NCBI GenBank assembly: GCA_047495785.1
Contig: JBLDXI010000054.1
Location: 2,666,001-2,730,000 of the forward strand
DNA: 64,000 nt
Origin: Lepidodermella squamata
Lineage: Eukaryota > Animalia > Gastrotricha
Reading direction: 5' to 3'
In this document: positions 56,101-64,000 of the stretch, one piece after another
How the letters are laid out: each line of letters opens with the position of its first letter
How positions within the stretch are numbered: the first letter of the stretch is position 1
Notes under the pieces: model-generated
What the model was told of the DNA's origin: nothing
Seen by the model: only the letters and a program-made list of their open reading frames with translations
Databases searched by the model: none
Program-made: the position numbers and the translations under genes

Positions 56101-59100
56101 TGCTCTGACCCTCAATCTTCAGTCTTTGGACCCAAGAATATTTCATTTTTTTTGTGGATATTTTAAAATTATTAGAGGTAGACGTAGTTTTTCCTAAAAA
56201 CTTTCCTAACGAATTTGGGAAGCTGACAAATTTCTGAAAATTTCTAGCAAGAATGGCCCATTTCTTTTCTTATTTTTTTCGATATTTGATTGAAAAATTT
56301 TGTGTGAGAATTTTTTTTTCGAATTTTCTTTCATTATTTTTTATTTTTTTTTAGGTACGATGATTTTGCTGATAGCCGGCAAATGGTTCACGAGGAAGAA
56401 GAGCCGTTGCCGGAACTCGAGCTGGAACCGGAACACGAGTTCGAACCGGAACCAGAACCGGAACCCGAACTGGAACCGGAACCTGAACCTGAACCTCTCG
56501 ATCACCAGTACCAAGACCGGTACGATCATCAAGACTTCGAGATGGAGCTCGACCATCACCAGCAGGATGAACAACAACAACAGCATTACCAGGGTGACCA
56601 AGATCATCAGCTTGGTGATCTTAGTCAAGTTGATGCTGAACTTGAACCGGTTTCTTACGCGACGCAGCAGCAGCATAGTGATGATAATTATTACCCAGAA
56701 AACGAAGAGGAAGAAGAACTGGCGATAACTTACACGGACGAGCAACTCGCCGAGGAAGAGTTCATGCGGCAAGAAATTTTGAGCCCGACCGGGGTGGAGG
56801 GCGAGGAAGAGGGGGACATTATCGAAGACACCCCGCCACCGCCTGCTGAAGAGTTGATGATCGAAGAGCAGGAACAGCCGATTTCTTACTCGATAACTCG
56901 CCGGTCTTCCTCGACGCATTCGCAACAATTCCAGCAGCAAATGGAGGAAGCTATGGACTTTACGCCTTATCAGCAGCAGATTTTAATACCTCGAAATGAA
57001 GATTACTACCACCAGTCAACGGCTAGGACTAGCCGGAGTAGTTTAAGCGACCATTTGCTGGAACCAGCCGAGCCTGAGCCCGAACCTGAGCCGGTGGAGG
57101 AGGAGGAGTTTGAGTTTAATCAAAGCCATCACGGCCAGAATGATGACGATGTTCAAATCGAGTTGTGCCCGATTTGCCGCGACGCTGCGTTGGATATTGA
57201 TTTGGATACGTCTAAGGTATGCGCCGATTGCGAGCGGTACGTCTGCAAGAACTGCGGGTCTTACGAACAGCCCGGGCAGCCGGACAGCCAGCAGCGGTTG
57301 AAGCAGTGGCTATGCATGGAGTGCGAGGCGAGGCGGCAGTTGGAGCTGAGGCGGACGTTGACCGAAAAATGGGCCGTTACGTCGTCGCAGTCGTCGAAAA
57401 AAGACCGCAACCGGCTGGCGAAAGCGGCGACGATTAGCACGGAACTGGCGCATGACATGCCGCAGCCGCACCCGGTCGCCCAGGTGGCGTCGAGCGGCGC
57501 CAGTTCCGCGTCGCCGACGAAATCCGACTCGGCGATAACCACGCGCCGGCAGTCACTGCCCGACGCGTTCGACCTGGAACAGGGTGATGTTGACGTCACG
57601 GTTCAGGAGATCCTGGCCGAGGATGCGGATCTGCAGCAGCACCGTAAACAGCAGCAGTTTGATATTGAAAGGTCGATATCGATCGGGCCATCTGCGAGTG
57701 AGGTCAACCGTGACGTTACGTCCCAGCCTGTGTTAGCCGATGATATTGAGATGGATGATGAGGAGCCGCTGTCGCATAGCACTTACCAACCGCCTGAATC
57801 GGTTGAATCGCCGTCTTTCACCCAGGAGCAACAGCTACAACCGCAACAACCAGAGCCTTATCAACAAACTTTAGATGACGCTATCGAGGAGGAGTATGGC
57901 TTCACGCAGCATCAGGAGCCTGAGCCAGTTCCGGAGCCGGAGTTGGACCAGGAGCAGTACGAAGAGTACGAACCTGCCGCTCAAGTTGTACCCAGCCAGC
58001 CGGTTAGGGGTGACGACCAAATGTCGGGCAGTGATGGGTTGATCCCTGAGACTGAGTTCGAGTACCAAGAAGTTCGGTGGTATTCAAAGTATTCCGATGA
58101 GAATTTGCAGCAGTCGGCTGCTGGTGGGGTGCCGATTGAGGCGGTGGATTCTGCGTCTGCTGCTTCCAGTTCGGCGGCGGCAGTGGTGCCTAGTGATGCG
58201 TCAGCAGCTGTGATACCTCCTCTTCCTTTCGACGGTGATAGCCCGGCCGAGGCCGAGTTCTACACAACTCAAGGCGAAACGCAACGGCAGTCGGTTGACA
58301 GTCAACTATCGGTAAATTTTGGTCTCTTCTTTTATACAGGGTGGCCAAAAAAGTCGGCAGATGGCGAATTCGACGGGCATCATTTTAATGAGGAGATTCG
58401 AGAAATTGAGGAGTTCCATTGGCCAAAGAATGCTTGAACTTCTTAAAACCCCTCATTGAATTGATGCGCATCGAATTCGCCTTCTGCGGAATTTGTTGGC
58501 CACCCTGTAGAGAGAATATTGCCCCTGATTATAGGACTTGGTTAGGCTCACAAACTTGAAATTTGTGAGAAATTTTCCAAATTTGGGAAATTATAATTTG
58601 CGAATACACACCCTAAATTTAGGCGACCAGCACTAAAATTTTCCAAAATATTAAACTTTGCCTAACTTTGCGCTACTTTGCCTAACCCTCAGATCTCTCT
58701 TTTCGCGTATTTGGGGTCAGTTTTCGACTTATTCTTTACTTCAGAGCCGATATCGATTCCAAGTATCGATTTTACAAATCAGTGATTTTTCGAAAATCGA
58801 AAATTATCCTACAATACTTTAGGACAGCAGGTCGCTCTAATAAGAAAAAAAAATCAGAGAAAAGAAAGGAAAAATTCGAAACCGCAATTATAAATCGGAA
58901 AATTTTAGTTCTAGGATGCTGAAATGTACTGCTATAATTTTAGACCGATTAACAGCCAATTTTTATAATCTTATCCATAATAAAATACGCTGCAATTTTC
59001 CGCGATTTTAGGCCTCGTAGCTATAAGTATTTGGCAAAAATTACAGTCGTTCCCATTTCTGGGACATTCATTAGAAAAAAACATATTTTCTCACGGTTTC

Positions 59101-62100
59101 TCGAGGCTGTTAGGTGAAAATACAAAGTTTAAACTCAATTTTGCCTATAAACTATCCACCGTAATTTGTTTATATTATTAAAATTATTAAAAAAGAATGA
59201 CCTGAATATTTTCAGAAATAATTTAATTTCGTGTGAATTCTAGCCTATAAAAATATCAAATTGTCAAAAATGCCACGAATTCCCGTTGAATCAGCTCAAT
59301 TTTTTACCTTGCATTGATAGTTGTCTTTTCCTTTTTTTCGTGTAAATTATTAAACGATATTGAACTGAAGCTATTTTCGCCAGACCTCATTAAGGCCGCA
59401 CTCTTGTTTTTTTTTCCATGCGCAGCCACTGCACAAAATCGGCGTTATAGTAGTAGTCGTAGTAGAATGCGTAATTGATCTCATTTTTCACCGCAGCAGC
59501 GCTGGTACTTTTTTTAAGACGTCTGGTGGGAAAACTATCGCTTCCGGTCGAAAAATGTGGCGCTTGATTAATTCTCACTCAAGTAAGTATGATATAATAC
59601 AAATAATATGAAATCAATCAATTGCGGTGATGAAAAACCGCCAGGGAACACGGGCACAGGTTGTTTTTTCCTGCGCGTATATTATAGCGATTTTTTTTCT
59701 ATACCCATAATCACTACAAAACCGCGACTATTAAATCAGCTCAGTGTAGCGGAACATTTTTGCCACCTAAAAATAATTGATTTTCGGTATTATACTACTT
59801 CATGTTTACAGCAATACTCGGCGATGACTGTCGAGGAGATGACGAACCAGCTGACGGGCGAGCTGCTCGCCGACGACCACCACGAGTTCGGCGTCGTCAT
59901 CCGCGGCGACGCGCCCGTCGACTTCAGCCGCGCGCCTGCTGAGCCGCCCAGTGCGGACGCCACCGGCGCCGAGCTGCCCCCGGCTGATCTCCAACAGCAA
60001 TGGCTACAACAGTTTCAGGGCTCGACAGATTTTGCCTACTTCTCCGCCCCGCCTTCTCAGCCCCCGCCGCCTCCACCGGTCCCGCCGAGGCAGTCGCAGC
60101 CGCAGCAGCAGCAACAGCAGAATCAAAACTGGGCGCCGGCCTCTGCGACACCCGGGCTCCCCTCGGATCTGTCACCCATTCTCGACGTGTCACCCTCGAT
60201 CGAAGAGTTCGAGGAGGAGCTTATGATCGAACAGCAGAAGCAGTTGAGAGAGGCTGAAGAGCAGGAGGAGGAGGAAGAGTTTCTGCCTGAGGAGCAAGTT
60301 GAGTCACCCTACTCGTCGCCGCCCCAACAACAGCCGTTGCAACAGCAATTATCAGCCGGGCAGGTGGTGCCTCGCCTCAGTGAAGAGGAGATGAGTTCGT
60401 TTTACAAATGCGACGATTTATCGTCGTCATTTTCCCGCCTTAAAAAGTCGCCGAAATTTGAGTTCGGATTGTCGGATCTTGTGACGGCTGAGCAGGAACA
60501 ACAGGGCGACTCAATTGATGAGGCGAGTATGGACGCTGATGCGAGTATGGACATGCCGCGGTCGGATTCTGGGGACATTCAAATGGAGACACTGGGCAGT
60601 TTTAATATTGTCGTGAAACCAACTCAGCAACCAGCTAAGCCGGCTCAAGTTCAGCAGCAACAGCAGCAGCATCAACAACAGCAGCAACATAGCAAGCAGA
60701 ATTTCAATGCTCACCAAGCTCAAGATATCGAATATCATGACAAGCGGCAAGGTTTGTCTCTATAACTATAGTCCTAAATTTCCCAAATCATTTCAGGCTT
60801 ATTCTAACAACTTGAAAAGGATCTAACCCCTATCCTATCTACCTATGCCATTTTTTAAGAACTTCCAAACCAATTTAATAATTAATTAATTTTTAGAAAG
60901 TTAAGAGGATCTATCCTAATCTAACCTAATTCATTTTTTAACAATTTCTAACACATTAAAATTAAATTACATTCAAATTTTTTTGAAATTTTGAAATTTA
61001 TTGGTATGGTATCAACTTCCAGCATGGATCGGCGAAACTTCAGATGGCTCCATGAATACTAATTTAGACCTGCCTGAAAGTAAGGAAGGTGATCATTTAG
61101 GACAATATGCATGCATTATTCATTCCATTCATGCACTTTCCGGCTTCTGCAAATAATTGCAAAATTTTCATGAATTTTATTTCAAGCATTCGCTTTCCAT
61201 TGACATGCTTGAGGCTTGGAAATTTCATTTCTGCTGAAATCGCTAGTTAATGGAATGTTCCCACCTGGCCTCTAGTAACCTAACTCGGAATCACACAAAG
61301 AGGAGGAGGGAAATTTGAACCAAACCATTCTTTTCAAAAAACAAAGATCAAAATAATATTTTAATATTTTAATTTTAGGGATCCTTGATTTTCTTGCAAA
61401 TTTTGAGAATTTTATTTTCTTTTTACCTGATTTTTTGGCAATTTAAAAATGGTTTGCTTAATTTGGGACCCTTATTATGGTTGTTAATTTCGGCTGCTCA
61501 TGTGCATATTCAATGGCCTTGTTAGATCTCAAATTAAGATTCGCCTAATAAATGGTTGCAATATCCAAAAAATTGATCGTTTTCTCAAACACCTTGAGTT
61601 TCATGTCAAGCGAATGTTGATGAGACAGGAAAGTGTAGACAAAAATCTCACGTTCTAGCTTGGGAATCTAAAGTTCAAGCCTGTTCACGATTACCCCGCG
61701 TTCTGCAGTCAATCTTTACATTTAGTTTCATTTAATTTCATGAATGGAAGCCACTATTCTCTCTTTATTCGGATCCAATATAATATTTCGATCCTTTTCC
61801 AAGCCATGTTAACAATTTTCTTTCTTTTGCAGATGATTCCTACGAGCCGAACTACGAAAGCGTGCATTCAATCAGCGAAGATATTGTCAAAAGCTTCTCG
61901 CTCGACGCTTCATCGTTCGACCGCGATTCACTCGTCAGTCTCGGTGGGAAGAAGCCTGCGGCCCAGCCGCAGCCTGTCGCCCCGCCGAAACCACCCCCGC
62001 CTGCCCAGCCCATTCCGCCGCCTAAACCGGCTGCAGTTGCTCAGAAGCCTTTGCCTCCACCGCCAGCTCCAACACTGCCGCCTAAACCTCAACAGGTGGC

Positions 62101-62811
62101 GCCGCCAGCGCCGCCAGCGCCGCCCCCGAAACCGGTTCCACCCCAGCCACCGCCGAAACCTGCCGCGCCACTACCTCAAAAGGCACCATCAGTCCAGCCA
62201 GCTAAGCCGGTTCCAAAACCGGAACCAGTTCCGGCACCAGCTCCAGTGTCGGTTCCAGCGCCGGTGCCGGTTCCAGCACCAGTCCCGGCTCCGAAAACCC
62301 CAGCAGCTCCAGCTCCTCAACCTCAAAAGGCCGCTGCTCCAACAACCCGGGCGCCAACTTCCCCTCAACAACCGGCGCCGAAAGCAGTACCAATTAGTAG
62401 TACCACTCCGGCTCCGATAACAGTTGATACCAAATCTCAGGCATCACCTGTTAGACCTGTCGCGCCTGTATCTCCAGCCGGTTCCGCGTCCCCGGCGACT
62501 CGTCGCCAGGTACAGCAGGCGCAAGCGGCTCAGTACCAAGTAACCTTAGCCAGCCAAGTCGAGCGACGCGATGCTTTCCTTCGCGGAACCGCCGACCAGC
62601 CTCAGCAAGAACCGCAACCAGCAGCTGCGGCGAAAAGCGCAGTTTCGCCGAAAACTGGGGCGAAGCCACAACCGCAGCAACAACAGCCGCAGCCTGCTCA
62701 GCCACGCGTGACCTTTCAAACTTCGCTTCCAGACTCTTCGACGACATCCAGTGGGGATTCACATCCAGCGACACGAACACCTGTCCCTGGGCCGGCAACT
62801 GCGCCGAAAAG
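53180..62811 (+). CDS. Piccolo/Bassoon-like presynaptic active-zone scaffold, 5' exons (gene probably continues past the window)
   Basis: Exons at ~53180-54035, ~56356-58311, ~59811-60751 and ~61833-62811. Motifs GLSEEERLHIAAVLQRAQ, zinc finger CPIC..CADCERYVCKNCG...KQWLCMEC and LSPILDVSPSIEE; Pro/Gln/Glu-rich linkers. Confidence 0.78.
55893..55940. repeat. Short dispersed intronic repeat (GCCGATATCGATTCCAAGTATCGATTTTAC.AATCAGTGATTTTTC)
   Basis: Near-identical copy at ~58745-58791 and a related reverse copy at ~1537-1564. Confidence 0.7.
58337..58507. mobile_element. Tc1/mariner-type MITE with TA target-site duplication
   Basis: ta|CAGGGTGGCCAA...TTGGCCACCCTG|ta with long imperfect inverted arms, just inside an intron. 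Confidence 0.85.
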
Positions 62812-64000
62812 AGTGAGTTTAAAAAAATCCTCCTTAATTATTTATGATGAAAGCTGATTGCTGATTTTTCTCCTACTTTTTTTTGCCCGGGAAAAAAATC
62901 TGGCGTTCTTAGTTACTCGCGTCGCTAAGGCCGAGCACTTGAGAATTTTTTGCGTCTGCTCCTGATTTATGCAAAACTTGAAGATGATTATGCATTCTGA
63001 AATCGATCTTCAATAAGTTCGCCGCCGCCTTTTCGCCTTCTTTTTCTCTCCCTCGCTTTTTGTACTACACTAATCTATGTTGTATTAAAAATGCATTATT
63101 ACGCGAAAGAAACGCGTTCGATTTTATAGCGGCCTCTAAATGGTAAGTAAGTTTCGTTATTTTAGCTGGACTGCACCTTTTTTACTAATACATACTACCA
63201 ACTGATAAAAGGAAATACGAGAGACACACACAGGCCTGGATGTGTGTTTAGCATATATACACTTATTGTCGTTTCGCGACAAAGTTTCAAACAAAATATT
63301 AGTTCATTATTTTTCGGCCACGGATAATGTCATCGATTTCGGAAGCGGCGGCGGTGGTGGTAGTGGTGATGATATGCGTGGTTATTATATTCAACACTGA
63401 TCTCTTCGCGTGCGCGCGTGAAAATTATTTGTAAATATTTTAGCGCGAGCGCGCGCAATAAAAATGCGCGCCCGCAGAGAGAGCGCGATTTGTTGTGCGC
63501 AAACACGTTGCGCGTGCGCGACATGGTTTTTCGCTAAATATAGAAACTGGGGTGCGGTATAGATGTAAGTATATTTTATTTACGCCTCGTTATACTCGAT
63601 ACGCCGATTACACCGCAATTATAAGCCAGAGGCGTGACATTTCGAATTCAGCAAGCAGCGCCGCTTGGTCTCAATCAAAATAACACGTAAATAATAAAAA
63701 CTCCACATTATATGCAACCGATGAAAGACATACTCGCTAATATTGGATTCAGTAGAAAAATAAAACCCGAATCGCCAATAAAAAGTTGTGTCCCCCTCGC
63801 ATTCATGCATCTACTGGCCTAGTTTTTATTAGTGATCTCGACACAAAAAAATGACGCTTTATTCCAAGTTATCTTATCGAAATCGATTGAAGCAACTGCG
63901 AGGTCAGGTGATGCGAATTTTGCGATAATTTGAGCGATTATCATGTCGCCGTGATGAAGGCGATGATGACAGCCATAGCTTCGGCTCGACAATCAACGGC

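Noticed and set aside
45084-60765. tRNA-Gln(CUG) cluster supplying the nearby CAG-rich Piccolo-like gene
   Set aside because: Genomic proximity of tRNA genes gives no plausible translational benefit in a eukaryote.

Overview
Gene-dense window from a compact eukaryotic genome with mostly ~45-60 nt GT-AG introns. It is an invertebrate animal, plausibly a spiralian given the two-DBD nuclear receptors, but this is inference. In order, it contains four tandem nuclear receptors that each have two DNA-binding domains, an ankyrin-repeat protein ending in a CaaX motif, and five intronless GABA-B-like class C GPCRs spread over 10.8-44.7 kb. It also has a CD225-like protein, a glycosyltransferase-like gene, a bacterial-type VOC/glyoxalase gene, a GH3-domain gene, a RING protein and a copine. 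These are followed by a probably inactive astacin-EGF-CUB-kringle protein, a mucin with an LRR-like tail, a Cys-loop channel subunit, an alpha-1,3-fucosyltransferase and the 5' part of a Piccolo/Bassoon-like gene. Non-coding features are five identical tRNA-Gln(CUG) genes, four U4 snRNA genes and several MITEs. The strongest leads are three. (1) A repeated tRNA-Gln/U4 snRNA cassette with near-fixed spacing and a non-canonical Sm site. (2) An operon-like array of two-DBD nuclear receptors whose first DBD is remodelled to CxC...CxxH. (3) Splice acceptors just upstream of many start codons, suggesting trans-splicing. Gene models were assembled by eye and no database searches were run.
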